From NCBI GenBank assembly GCA_038087875.1, contig CM075988.1, positions 10,604,001-10,668,000 of the forward strand: a DNA stretch of 64,000 nucleotides. Direction: 5' to 3'. Position 1 is the first letter of the stretch. Each line of letters starts with the position of its first letter. Under the pieces are notes generated by a model that saw only the letters and a program-made list of their open reading frames with translations, searched no databases and was not told where the DNA came from. The translations under genes and the position numbers were made by a program. Below, one piece after another: positions 12,485 to 25,735 of the stretch. The DNA is from Malacoraja senta (lineage: Eukaryota).

Positions 12485-14004
12485 GGCTTGATATTTTATT
12501 CATCTTGGATGTGCTTAAATATTGGCAAGGATATTGGGATTAATGTCCTGTTCTTTTTCAAATAGAATCTTAGAAATCACCAAATAAAGAGGTTGGTATC
12601 TTATGTTGCTATCTCATCTAAAAGACGAGGAGAGTGCATCCTACTATCTAGTAAACTGCAATGCCCACCTCAAATTTATGGTTAGTTCTATGAAGTGGAA
12701 TTTGAACCAAGAATCTCTGAAAAAACGAATGAAAGTACTGGGGTAACTCAGCGGGTCAGGCAGCATCTCTGGAGGACATGGATAGGTGATGTTTCGAGTT
12801 GGGATCCTGCTTCAGATGTAGGCTCAGGACCTTTCTTCTGAAGAAAGGTTCCAACCCAAAATGTGACCCATCCCTGTTGTTCAGAGATGTGTCTGTTTTT
12901 CTAAACCAGCATCTGTGGTTCCTTGTATCCAAAATGAACTTCTGACATGGGTAAGAAAGGTTTGGGTAAAACCCAAGGTCCATTTAAGTTTCAGCTTAAC
13001 CAGTAAGTGATAACATTGGGAATGTGAAGTTTATGTATTGGTGCCCAGAGTTCCAATGTAAGTATATCCTTAAGCAGGGGGTCATAGAAAGGCTGATTAG
13101 ATGGCATTTCAAAACTGGCTGCACTCCACGTGGCGTAAGAAAGGCTGCCTAGTCCAATTTGGTGCATCCTACTTTGCTAACCGAAGTAAATGTTATAGCG
13201 ACAACATTGTAATCCTGCTTAGATGTGGGAAGCTATCAGAGGACTGTGGGATTCCATCCATGCTTAAAGGAAAGTAAGGGGATAATCCTGTTAATTCCAG
13301 GTGTGCTATGCCAAGGATGATAGGGGGAAATGTTTAGCGCCAATGATCCTACACAAAATCTATTGGAGAAACCCAGAATTCAAAGACAGGACACATTTAT
13401 TAAAAAACAATCATATATTACTGCATTGTCTAATATATTTGATTAATAAGGAAATATGTATGGTCTTGTGAATATTGACATTATTTTTTTTAAACAAATC
13501 ATGCACGGCATAATGACAAATGACAAATGAAACCCATAAAATCAAATGGTTGTGGCAAGATAAATATAGTGTTTGCTGAGGGATAAAAATGAGGCAGCAC
13601 TGATAATATTTCAGACTTGAAGGGAAGTATGCATTACAGAAACCCACAGATTAGGTTTGAAAACATTGCCCTTTAATACATATTTATATCCCCAGGCATA
13701 TGGGGCATAATTCTAAATTTCAAGTTAATCAAAACTTGTAAACATGGTAAACATTGACAAAGGTAATAGAAGAAAAGAAGAAATTGAAATGTAAGGTCGA
13801 TAGATGATTGAGAGATGAAGTAGCTTATTTTGGTACGAAGAATGAGGATACCGAAGATAAAGTGTAAAAAGTTCAATAGAAATAGATGCAAGAAAATATG
13901 TAAATATAATTTTTATGCAGTTAATTATAATGCACTACCTGAAAGAGATGGAATTTGATTCAATAGTATGTGTGGATACAGACTTGAAAAAGAATAATAA
14001 ATGC

Positions 14005-14285
14005 CGGACTAGCGCTGCAATGGTAGAGTTGCTGCTTTACATTGCTAGAGACCTGGGTTCAAACCTGATGAAGGGTGTTGCATGTATGGAGTTGTACGTT
14101 CTCCCTGTGACTGCGTGGGTTTTCTCCCACATTCCAAAGACGTACAGTAGGTTAATTGGATTTTGTAAAAATTGTAAATTGTCCCTAGTGTGTAGGCTTG
14201 TGCAAGTGTACGGGGTGATCGCTAGTGGACATGAACTCGGTGGGACGAAGGGTCTGTTTCCGCACAGTATCTCTAAAAAAAACTA
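14005..14285 (+). mobile_element. HE1-type SINE
   Basis: Consensus match. Confidence 0.85.
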
Positions 14286-16459
14286 TGCAAAAGGCTGTGA
14301 CTAATTGGAAAATATCACTGATACAATGAGATGCATGAGTTCTTGTTCAGAATTGTACAATTGTTCATTGATGTGCTTGGGGCTTAAGAGAAAATTAAAA
14401 GACCTTTGAGGCACTAACCAGAGTTGATAGTTATTGTTAGCAATACCAGAGTGAATGAAAAGAAGAACGAGATTCCAAGAGCTAACAAGATACATTGCCT
14501 TGCACAAATTGGTTGTCACATTTTCTTATATATAATAATTGAACACAGTAGAACAGTAATTTATTAATTTAAAGGCAGTTTGTGGCATCCAGTGGCCTAA
14601 ACTACACAAAGTAGAAAGAATATTTCCTCCTTATTTATCAACATCGACCTTTTGGGTCAATCCATGTACCGTGCAATGGATACATGGTGTCCGAGGAAGG
14701 ATCCCGGCCTGAAACGTCACCTGTCCATATTCTCCAGAGACACTGCCTGACCCGTTAAGTTACTCCAGCACTTAGTGTCTTTTTTTGTAAACCCACATCG
14801 GTAGTTCCTTGTTTCTATCCTGCAATGAATTGATAATAACTAAAGAGAGTTGGTGAGGAAATATGATGACAATGATCCCAGCCAGAGTAGAAGATAAAGG
14901 AATTAGGCAGAGCGAGTACTCAAGTCTGGCACGTAATACTTAACTTTCCCCAGAGGATCAGCAAACTGATTAAAATGATTGAATTTGCCATTTAATGAAA
15001 TGTAAAACAATCTGTGCACCAAGATTACTTGTGAAACAGTACACTCTGCTCTCTGATTGCACTCTCCTGTACATATCACTTGAATAAGGTTGTGGTACCC
15101 AGAAATTAAAATCAAGCAGAGTATGACTTTGAAAAGATGTGTGGAAAGGAGTTAGAAATTAAAAAAGTAACATAAAGAATGAAGATAACTGTGTGTCAAT
15201 GAGAAAAAAAAAGATCAACATAATCAATCAATTACAACCATTGTATTTCACAATATCTGCATGATCCCTTTCCACTGGGGTCAAGGAAAGAGCGTTCATA
15301 TCGCGGCCCTGTTTAAACCAATCTTTCCACCACCACGCATGATCTTTCCACCATCACGCACAAGACAGACATCATTGTATGCAGATGCCGAGAAGTGTGA
15401 TCAGCTCTGGCTGAACAACTTCTAATTTTGTATGTGGACTCGATAAGATGAACATCCATTTCCAATGGGAAAAACACACCTCAGATAGTTGGTATGCACC
15501 ATTTGTTACTGAAATGTTCGAAAACATCACATTCAGATTATTGTTGGGGCAGCTATTCATATTTTTACACTAACATTTTTCATAACCATGATTCTGACCT
15601 TGGCAATTGTGGTTATCTGTTACTGCAGAAATTTGCATCACAACCAAGTATTAACTTTCAGCTGGACAATGGAGTTTGAAACTTTTACTTACAGTCAACA
15701 GTGAATTCCATTTGTAAAAATGTCATTGTGTCTGCTGGCTATGGCCTTGGTGCCATGTGGCATGATTTTGTTTGTCCTTCCAAAGAAACATTTGTCTTTG
15801 TGTTTGCGCAGCGAGTTAACTCAATTTTTTCTGAGAATCTTTTTTTAATAAACGGTGAGTCATATCCTGCTGCAAATCTGTCTCTGTGGCATGTTAATAT
15901 TGACAAATATTAATTAAAAAATGGAGAAACATGCCTTTCATAAATCACCTATCTAATCACCGCAGGTCATTCGAAAAAGTTTAAAGCTGTCAAAGCCTAC
16001 ACCTCTTTCAAATATATTTTGAAGCAAATGATACCTAGTTCTGGTAGAGATAAATAAAATCCAAGCAAATTGAATAAGAAAATTAGAAATTAACGACTAA
16101 TGTTTCATTACAACTCGAAAATACTAATGAATGATTGCAAAAAAAATTAGAATTAAGTAGCACTTATGTCTAGAACATATTGTAACGATACATAACTTTT
16201 ACCAGTGGGTCAGCAAATCAATTTCATACGATTGAAGTTGTCTGGCCCTCACTTGCCTCAGTGGTTTATGCAAAGGGGCTGCATGCAAAGTGTATGTGGT
16301 TCCTTTGTCAGTATTACTGGGCTAAATATTGGCAGCAGGTGGAATGTCAAGGCACTCTGACCTGTTTTACAACCCACACAGAAATACAAAGTGTATGCGA
16401 GATCAAGTGGCTGAAAGCTCCCTGTTTCTTACCTGATCAGCAGCACTACTCCTCCACCT

Positions 16460-16710
16460 ACTCAGAGAGTGGTGAATCTCTGGAACTCTCTGCCACAGAA
16501 GGTAGTTGAGGCCAGTTCATTGGCTATATTTAAGAGGGAGTTAGATGTGGCCCTTGTGGCTAAAGGGATCAGGGGGTATGGAGAGAAGGCAGGGATGGGA
16601 TACTGAGTTGGATGATCAGCCATGATCATATCGAATGGCGGTGCAGGCTTGAAGGGCCGAATGGCCTACTCCTGCACCTATTTTCTATGTTTCTATGTTT
16701 CTATGTTTCT
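16460..16710 (+). mobile_element. Young CR1/HER1 3' end
   Basis: Nearly identical to 62865-63090, with (CTATGTTT)n tail. Confidence 0.9.
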
Positions 16711-17474
16711 ACCTACAGTACTTTGCCTCCCTCTCAATCACGTCTGAACCCCAGAACATTCAGCTGTCAGTCATGTCTTTCCACAATGGCTACAACATCA
16801 TTAGTCCCAAGCACTGATCTAGGGTCTGCGTTCATCTGCTTTCTCCTCAATATTCCTTGCATTGAAACAAACAAACTTCAGCCCATCAGCATCACCATGT
16901 TCCTTCCCCTCTCCTGCCTGTCCTTCTTTTGAGACTTACTGGTCATGGCCTCTACATTCCCATCACTCCTACCAATATCTGACCTACTACACTGGTTCCC
17001 ACCACCCTGTCTCTCTCTAGTTAAACCCTCATGAGTATCACTAGCAAACCTGCCTGCAAGGATATTGGTACCCCTCAGTTCAGATGAACTGGAGCTATAT
17101 TCCTGGAAGCTGGAGGGGGATACTGACAATTTATGGCAGCACTACATTGGCAGTATAGCAAGCAAAACAAAACAAGTACTCTTGGTTGTTGAAGTAATTT
17201 GACAACTTATTTACTGACCATAATTTGTGACAAGACTGGGCAAGTGACAAAAACAATGAAAAAAGTACATTTGCATCTCATGTATTAAAAAGTTGAAAAG
17301 TGACCATCTTAACAGAATGATCAAAATGCAGGAGGTCCTTCATAGGTCAAACAACTCATACATTTGGCAGTATAAACATCCTAACTGTTTAATTTCAATC
17401 AAGATCTCAGAAGAACAAAGAAACAGGACCTGGAGTAGGTCCTACAGCTCTGTGAACCTACTTTAGAATTCAGG

Positions 17475-18230
17475 AGACAGACACAAAAAGCTGAAGTAAC
17501 TCAGTGGAACAGGCAGCATCGCTGGAGAGAAGGAATGGGTGACTTTTCGGGTCGAGATCGTTCTTCAGACTAGTCAGAGGAAAGGGAAATGAGAGATATA
17601 GACGATGATGTCGAGAGATAAAGATATGCAAAAAAGTAACAATGACAAATGAAACAGGCCCTTGTTAGCTGTATCTTGGGTGAAATCGAGAAGCTGGTGT
17701 GACTTGGGTGGGGGAGGGATAGAGAGAGAGGGAATGCCGGGGTTACTTAGTCATAGAGTCATAGCATGATACATAGTGTGGAAACAGGCCCCCTCGGCCC
17801 AACTTGCCCACACGAGCCAACATGTGCCAGCTACACAAGTCCCACCATTCTGTGTTTGGTCCATATCCGTCCAAACTTGTCCTATCCAAGTATCTGTCTA
17901 ACTGTTTCTTAAATGCTGGGATAGTCCCAGCCTCAACTACCTCCTCTGGTAGCTTGTTCCATACACCTACCACCCCTTGTGTGAAAAGGTTACCCATCAG
18001 ATTCTTGTTAAATCTTTTCCCCTTCACCTTGAACCTATGTCCTCTCGTCCTCGAATCCCCTAATCTGTGCGAGAGATTCTGTGTATCTACGCGATTAATT
18101 CCTCTCATGAAGTTATTCATACCAGTGGGCTGTAAGCTGCCCAAGTGAAATATGAGATGCTGTTCCTCCAATTTGCATTTAGCCTCACTCTGACAATGGA
18201 GGAAACCTAGGACAGAAATGTCAGAATTCA
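17475..18230 (-). mobile_element. Penelope-like 3' fragment interrupted by a CR1 3' end (~17748-18110)
   Basis: The chimeric ORF joins Penelope CQSEAKCKLEEQHLIF to CR1 RTRGHRFKVKG...WNKLPEEVVEAG. Confidence 0.8.
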
Positions 18231-19689
18231 GGATCACAGCTGAAATATTGCATTAACTCAAATTTTCTATTCTGACCCCATTTCCCCTTAAATGGCTAAA
18301 ACTATATCAATCTCAGGCTTGAATAAGATCAATGAAAGAGACCTTCGGGGCCTCTGGGAAAAGAAAATTCTGAAAATATTTTAATAGTCAATGATGTTGA
18401 GAGATTAGTCTTGGAACTAAACACCTCAGCTTCTAATAAATATCAGATCAATTAGCAATTTCACAGCATGTCACATCAGCGCATGTATTGACTTTGTGTT
18501 CATCTATTTACAAAGTGGGATAGGACTTTGCAAATGTTTGCAGATATTTTGCTCTATTATAATTAACTTATTAACAAAGTTGATATTTCATACACATTTT
18601 CATAACATGTGGAATATTTTATGCTAATAACATAAAAGCACTAAAATCTTAGAAATAGAAGCAGGTGTTTCATTCCTTGTGCTTGCCATTCAATACCATA
18701 CCAGTATCTGTGTTGAAAATACTCACCACAACACTGAGTTTTCATAACCTTGTTAGGTAGGAAATTATAAAGATTCACTAGTTTTACTATTAATAAATAT
18801 TTTCTTATCTCAGACCTGAACTTAGTTTGAGATAGCCATTGGTTTTTGATCTACAGCCAGGGGACTCATCATACCACCATCTGCCCTGTAACAATTTTGT
18901 AGTTTTCAATGAGATCATCACTCATTATTCTCAGCTCTAGTAATAATCTTAGTCTACCTTATTGCTCATCAAATGCAGAACTCATTTAGGCAAAGCTTCG
19001 CAATACTCCTTCCTATCGCAAGTATATCCTTCCTTAGGTCTAGAGATCAGAGCTGTAGATAATATTCCAGAGCAAAACACAAAGTGCTGGAGGAACTCAA
19101 CAGGCCTGGAAGGATCCGGGCAAAGAAAGGGCATTTGATGTTTTGGGTCCTGTCCATTCCCTGCCCAGATACTGCTTGGCCCTTTGCATTTCTCCAGCAC
19201 GTTGTGTTTCACTCAAGATTCCAGCATCTGCAGTTTCTTAGTCTCAGCAATATGCCAGGTGTGGTTTCACCAAGTCCATATGTAATTGGATCAGGGATTC
19301 TTCACACTGGTACACGTGTATACATCTGTCTTAACACTGAAATATCTCAAACATCCCCAATTCAAATATTTAGATGAATATTTGGGATGAAAAATGCTCA
19401 TTATTCTGTCCATTACAACAAATGTATCATGGAAGAGGTGATTTGTGAAATAACAGAACACAGAGCTGGTGATAAAGTAAAAAAATTCTTATTGTGAGAA
19501 AATAATTATCAAAACAACATCAATTCAAAATTCTGTTAATTTCTGAAAGGTCTGAAGACATTCTTGAATGCAACAGAGGAACTTCAAAAGATTCATTATT
19601 TGCATATTATTTTAATTCCCTCTATAATTTTGAATGCGGCAAGAATGTGAAGAATCAAATACACAGGACAAGATGTTAAGAAGTCCCTT

Positions 19690-20150
19690 GTGCCAATAGG
19701 TGGGGAGCATTTCACAACATTCGTTGATTGTTGAGAGTGGTAGACGCTCAACATCGGGCGAGGGGGGGGGGGTAACCTTCAGGACAGTTGGGCACAGGAC
19801 ACATCATCAGTGGTGGACCCTTGCATCACTGGGTGTTTCGGCCTTTTAACACTATACACCCTCCACAAGGGCGGCCCGCTGCAGGATGATCAACCCTCAG
19901 CGCATGTCCCGTGTCAAACCGTCCCAAAGATTCACCCCGACATACTTGGGGCCCAGCATGGGTCTTTCCGCTTGAGCCAAATCCACCGGCTGCTTCTTTT
20001 AGCCGCCTCTGAGAGTGATCTTATGGTCTTCCGCAGAGCCTGACCGTGGATTCCAAGCTCCTTCAGCTGTCTGATGGTAGATGACGCAACAAATCCTCTG
20101 CATCCCACTTCAACTGGATAGACTTTGGTGTTCCAGCCACGCTGCGTTGC
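19690..20150 (-). mobile_element. 3' end of a HERO/NeSL-type (restriction-like endonuclease) non-LTR retrotransposon with its 3' UTR
   Basis: GWNTKVYPVEVGCRGF...AAKRSSRWIWLKRKDPCW resembles the C-terminus of fish HERO ORFs. Stop at 19932, followed by a structured 3' UTR. Confidence 0.72.
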
Positions 20151-20409
20151 AAGAATGTGAAGAATAACATGTTGCTGGTAGGCATAATACAAAATCATTA
20201 TTTTGTTCTTTGTTTTATAATGGAAATCCCACTTTGTCATGGCCATCAACTGATGCTTTTACATCCTTGCAGAAGGAAACACAAATTTAGAATTTGACTT
20301 TGAGATTGTGTAAATTAGATAACAGCAAATCTACAGCAGCCTTATAACTTTTGCACTGATTGAAGTAAATGCAAAGTAGGCAGAAGATTTGTTACAATCC
20401 ATTTTACAT

Positions 20410-21473
20410 TGTAATGGAAGTCAGGATCTGTCCCAAAGAGTTGATAATATTATAGTGTAAGTTATTGGGGGCAAATCCTCCAAGATTATGGAAGATCTCG
20501 GGGATAAGGACCTGGACATTTTAAAACAGACATGCTGGCTGCAAAAGGAAAAAAAACAAAATGGATCACAAGTTCAAAGCCTGTCTGTGGGCCTGGGCAG
20601 CCACATGACTATGCGAATGGTGAGAACAGGAAAGGCCGGGATGGAGATAACGACATTATCTTGGAAAGACAAAGGAAGGAACCGAGCCCAGCAGACGGGG
20701 GTAAATAGCACAGCAGCAAGACAATCACCTTCTTAAATGGCCCATCCATCGGGACAATGGGAGCCCATCCAGGTGATGGGATAACGATCAGGCTGAGACA
20801 TCGTGACATCAGCAAACCCATTATCATCGGAAGCCTATTGTTCATGCCAGATTGAAACTGGGAATCATCGAAAGACCCTTTTGTCCAGAGGACCACCTGG
20901 GAGGTTTCAAGGGAGAAACTCAGGTATAAAAGGGACAGGCAAGCAAGAGCTTGCTCTCTTTTCTGCTCTGTTGGATGGCTCCTGACCCTGCATCGATCTT
21001 GCTGTAAGTACCCCAGACGACCTGGTGAAGTTCCCGAAATAGCATAGAGGTTGAGAGAAGAAGGGGAAAGGGGGGGGGGGGTGCATTTGTAATTAAAATT
21101 GTGTAAAGTAAGTTTTTACGACATGCCCGATAATTTTCATTCCATAGTCTTAGTTTAAAGCATAAGTTTAGTCACGTATTATGTAGAGTTGGTGAGATTC
21201 GATTTCTCATTTGTTCAATAAAGCCTGTAGATTTTAGACTTGCTTTGAGTCCGTCTTGGTTTCTGTTTTCTCTCATCAGCACGCTCTGGTCAAATCAACC
21301 TTTTATCATATCCCACCATAATTCCGAGGTCTAGAACCCAGGGGAACCCTTTTTTTTGTATTCTCTCTTGGGAACCGCTCGAGTGGAGTGGTGGCCGTTT
21401 GACCCACCGACAAGGGAGAGAATCACTCGGGCAGTTGGGCCCGAAGTGGAGCAAAGGGAACAAAACCCCTACA
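20410..21473 (+). mobile_element. Solo-LTR-like element
   Basis: TGTA...TACA termini, TATAAAA at ~20926, AATAAA at ~21217, no ORF. No clean TSD found. Confidence 0.45.
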
Positions 21474-21579
21474 ATAGCGCTGTGGAAATGATATGTAGAC
21501 AACAGCACTCTTCACTTAATGACAACAATGATTTGCTTCACTCTTGCTGTCCTCCACTCTCTTTATCACTCTAAGGTGC

Positions 21580-22110
21580 TATTTTGAATGGGGAAATGTA
21601 TATGTGGAGCCAGGGGATATGAGTGGGGTCGTCAGGGAATGCTTCTCACCCAGGGAGAAGGATGTGGAGGCTGAAGAATTAGTGGGAGTGGTTCACCTAT
21701 ATTCTGGAACGTATTTGGATCAGGAAGGATGAAGTGTTGTATTTATTTTCACAGGTTAAGGTGGATAAATCCCCAGGGCCTAATCTATTCCAAAGTGTAA
21801 TGGGAAGCAAGGGAAGGAATTGCTGGGACACCAATCAAGATGTTTGTGACATTGCTAGCCTTGGGTGATGTACCAGAATACTGGAGGGTGGCAAATGTTG
21901 TTTTCTTCTTCAAAAAGGGGGGGGGGGGGGGGATAAGCCAGGAAACTGCATACTAGTGAGCCTTACATCAGTCACAGGGAAATTACTGGATAAAAATCCT
22001 GAAGGACAGGAGTTATGTTCACTTGGAAAGGCAGGGACTGATTAAGAGGTCAGCATGGGTTTTTTTTACACGGGAAGTCTGCTTCAAATCTGCTTGATAT
22101 TTTTGTGGAG
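21580..22110 (+). mobile_element. Old CR1 ORF2 fragment
   Basis: Decayed VDKSPGP, WRVANV and LVSLTSV motifs. Confidence 0.7.
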
Positions 22111-22504
22111 CTATCTATTGTGAAAGTGACTGAATTACTGGAGATTGGAATCTGAAGTTGGTGAATGTTAAAGATTTTTGTTCATCACAACACTCACGCA
22201 TTCTCTTGAAGAGCATCTCAAACATCTCGAAACAGTCTCTCTGAACTCAAAATACATTGGGGATTTTTATACTCTGAAGACAAAGATAACAGCAGGTGAT
22301 TCAATACAATTTCAATAGCTACAGTGACATTATTTACTTCTGTAGTTTGAATCTGATAAATGGTTGTTTTGAATTATCTGTTTACAAGATGAACACACTA
22401 AGTGACAAGGCACTCTGAATAATGAACAACCTTTGCTGGGACAAAATAATTCACATGGGTGGTCCAAAGATTTTTGAGGACAGGGAACCCGAACACCCAA
22501 TATT

Positions 22505-22970
22505 TGTTCCTGCCCAGGTACTTTCCCCTGCAACCGCAGGATGTGTAACAATTGTCACTATACCTCTTCCTCCGCCTTCATCCAGGGACCACAGCAGTCC
22601 GTTCTGGTGAGACAGAGGTTCACTTGAACCTCCTTTTTCTCCATCTACTACATCCAGTGTTCCTGATGTGCCCTCCTGTACATTGATGAGATCAAGCGTA
22701 GACTCAGCAGCCATTTTGCTGAGCACTTGCACTTGGCCACCAAAGCCTTCTGGATCTCTCAGTTGCTAATCATTTTTTATCTCCCCTTCCCATTCCCTAA
22801 CTAACCTTTCTGACCTGGGACTCCTCCATTGCTAGTGTGAGGCCACATGCAAATTGGAGGAACAGCATCTCATATTCTGCTTGGGTAGTTTACAACGCAA
22901 TGGTATGAATATTGAATTCTCTACTTTTAGATAACTTTCACAACTACCTCTCTTCCCTTCCCCAAAGTGC
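22505..22970 (+). mobile_element. Degenerate Penelope GIY-YIG fragment
   Basis: PGTFPCNRRMCNNC and EEQHLIFCLGSLQ homology to the 30 kb copy. Confidence 0.75.
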
Positions 22971-23324
22971 CCATTTTTGTGCTTGTGGCTCTATGACCAT
23001 GTCACCATTACTGCCAAATACAGATTCAAACACACTGGAAAAAGACTCAATGCCAATTTCCAATTTTTAGATCTACATAATCCTTTGAGAACTTTCACAA
23101 TGAATTGTGAAGTGCAATCAAAAAACAGATGTACCAAGCAACTATTAAATGCAGTTCACTCTTCTCTGCAAGTTCTGTCGACTGATGCTTCAAATTCAGT
23201 AAATGTTACTCAACGCTGCCTGAATTACACTGTAACATTTTAGAAATGAAGGATCTTCCTTGGTTCCTATTATTTAACAAATGACCTAATGAATTATATT
23301 CACTAGCCTGATTAGTTATTGCAG

Positions 23325-23640
23325 TTCATAGGTTCTAGGAGCAGAATAAGGCCATTCAGTCCATCAAGTCTTCTTCCGCCTTTCAATTGTCACTGATCTA
23401 TCTTTTCTTCTCAAACCTATTCTCCTGCCTTCACCACATGACCCCCAAGACCCTTACTAATCAAGAATCTGTCAATCTCCACCTTAAAAATATCCATTAA
23501 CAGCCACCACAGTCATCAGTGGCATGAATTCCACAGTCACCACCCGTTGCCTAAAGAAATTCCTTCTCATCTCCCTTCTAAAGGTATGTCCTTTTATACC
23601 GAGGCTGTTGCCTCTGGTTCTAGGCTCCCACCACATTCAC
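23325..23640 (-). mobile_element. CR1/HER1 3' end, degenerate
   Basis: Reverse complement of the HER1 3' UTR seen in other copies. Confidence 0.75.
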
Positions 23641-23739
23641 TCTAGCCAGCCCTGTTCATTGTAATTTGTGTTATAATGAAGGGCAAGGGTTTCCAGGAGT
23701 AGGCAACCCTGGATGACAGACATATTGAGGCTTTGGTCA

Positions 23740-25735
23740 AGAAATAGAAGGTATATATCTGATATAGGCAATGGGGATAAAGGAAATCCCATGAGGATCA
23801 TAGGAGGGGTAAAAGTATACAAGAGTGAAATCATGAATGCAAAAAGGGAATATATGTGATAGATATGGCAAATAAGGTACATGAGAATCCAATGAGAGTC
23901 TAGAAATATGTTATGGGCAAAAGAGTAATTTATGAGAGAATGGATCTTCTTAAAAATCACAGAGGTTATCTACATGTGAAGCCATTTGAGGGGCAAGGTG
24001 TTAAAAGAATATCTCTCGTGCGTATTTTCTGTGGATAAAGACTTTCTTGATAGGGATCTCAGGGAAGTCCAAAGGGATGTCTTGTAGAGAGCCCATGTTA
24101 CCAAAGAGGAGGTCCGGGAGGTCTCTTAAAACACATAAAAGTAGATAAATCCCCAGGACATGACCATGTGTCCTTGGACATTGTGGGAAGCTAGTCAAGA
24201 AATTGTGGGTCCCTGGCAGAGATATTTGTATCATTGATAGTCACGGGTGATGTGCTGGAAGACTGGAGGGCAGAATGAAAAATCCTGGAATCTACAGACT
24301 GGAAACCTAACATCAGTGGTTGGTACGTTTTGGTAGAGATTCTGAGAAATAGGATCGACATGCATTTGGAAAGGCAAGGACTGACTATGGGTACTCAGCA
24401 TGGTGTGTGTGGGAAATTGTGTTTCACGATTTTGATTGAGTTTTGTGAAGAGGTGAATAAAAGGACACAAGGGCAGTGCAGTAGATGTGGTTTACATGGG
24501 CTTTAGCAAAGCCTTTGACAAGACACTGCATGGTGGACTGGTCTGGAAGATTAAATCGTCTCAGATCCAGGGAGAGCTTGCCAATTTGATGCAAAATTGG
24601 CTTGGAGGTAGGAGACATAAGGTGGTGGTAGAGTGCTGTTTTTTTCAGACTGGAGCCCTTTACATGTGACATGCCAAAGGAATCGTTGCTGGGTCCACTG
24701 TTGTCCGTTATTTATAATTAGAGAGTTGGATGACATTATTGGTGCAAGGCTAGCATATTTGTAATTTGTAAATGACACTAAAATTGGCAGAATAGTGGAC
24801 AGTGAGGAAGGTTATCTAAGATTACCGTGGGAGTTTGATCATCTGGGCTAACAGGCCAAAAAATAACATGGGGAGTTTAATGGAGTTTAGTGGAGTTTTG
24901 TGGAGTAAATGTGAGGTGGTGTATTTTGGTAAGACTAACCAGGCAAAAAAGACAAAGCCAGTAAAAGGTAGTACCACGGGGGAATGTTGCACAATATGGA
25001 GAGGCAGGGGGTCAGGTATATAGTTCCATGCAAGTGTCAACACAGTTAAGCAGGGTGCTGAAGAAGCCATTTGGCATGCTTGCCTTCATCAATCAGTGTA
25101 TGGAGTTCAGGGGTGGGGATATCATTTTACAGCTGTACAAGACTTTAGTAAGACTGCATTTGGATTACGATGTACGGTTCTGGTTACTGTGCTATATAAA
25201 GGATGTCAATAAAATCATGAGGGCCATAAATAAAGTGAATAGTCACAATCTTCTTCTCAGAGTCAGGGAGTCTAAAACTAGAGGGCCTAGGTTAAAGGTG
25301 AGATATAGAAAAAAGCTGAGGGGCAACTTTTTCACACAGAGGGTGGTGCATATTTTAGATTTTAGATTTTTAGATTTTAGATTTTTTATAGATATTTGAT
25401 TAGTACAGGTGTCAGAGGTTATGGGGAGAAGGCAGGAGAATGGGGTTAGGAGGGAGAGATAGATCAGCCATGGAGTAGACTTGATGAGCCAAATGGCCTA
25501 ATTCTACTCTGATCTTTTATGACATGGCCTTATATAGAATGAACTGCCGGAGAAAGCAGTAGACTGTGGGTACAGTTATGCCACTTAAAAGACGAGGATA
25601 GGTACACGGATAGGAAAGGAGTGATATGGGCAAGGTGCAGGCAAGTGGGACTAGCTAGGCTAGGCAGCTTGGTCACCGAGGACGGGTTGGGCTGAAGGGC
25701 TAAAGTCTGCGCTGCATAGCTCTATGACTCTGTGA
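23740..25735 (+). mobile_element. Old CR1 LINE with a nested CR1 3' tail (~25355-25530)
   Basis: MGFSKAFDK, LQLYKTLVRLHL, NFFTQRVV, many lesions. Confidence 0.85.

Noticed and set aside
17743..18237. 164-aa ORF as a novel fusion gene
   Set aside because: Chance in-frame junction of a CR1 3' end inserted into a Penelope fragment.
22150..22300. Possible gypsy RT remnant (LEEHLKHLETV)
   Set aside because: Too short and degenerate to support without a search.
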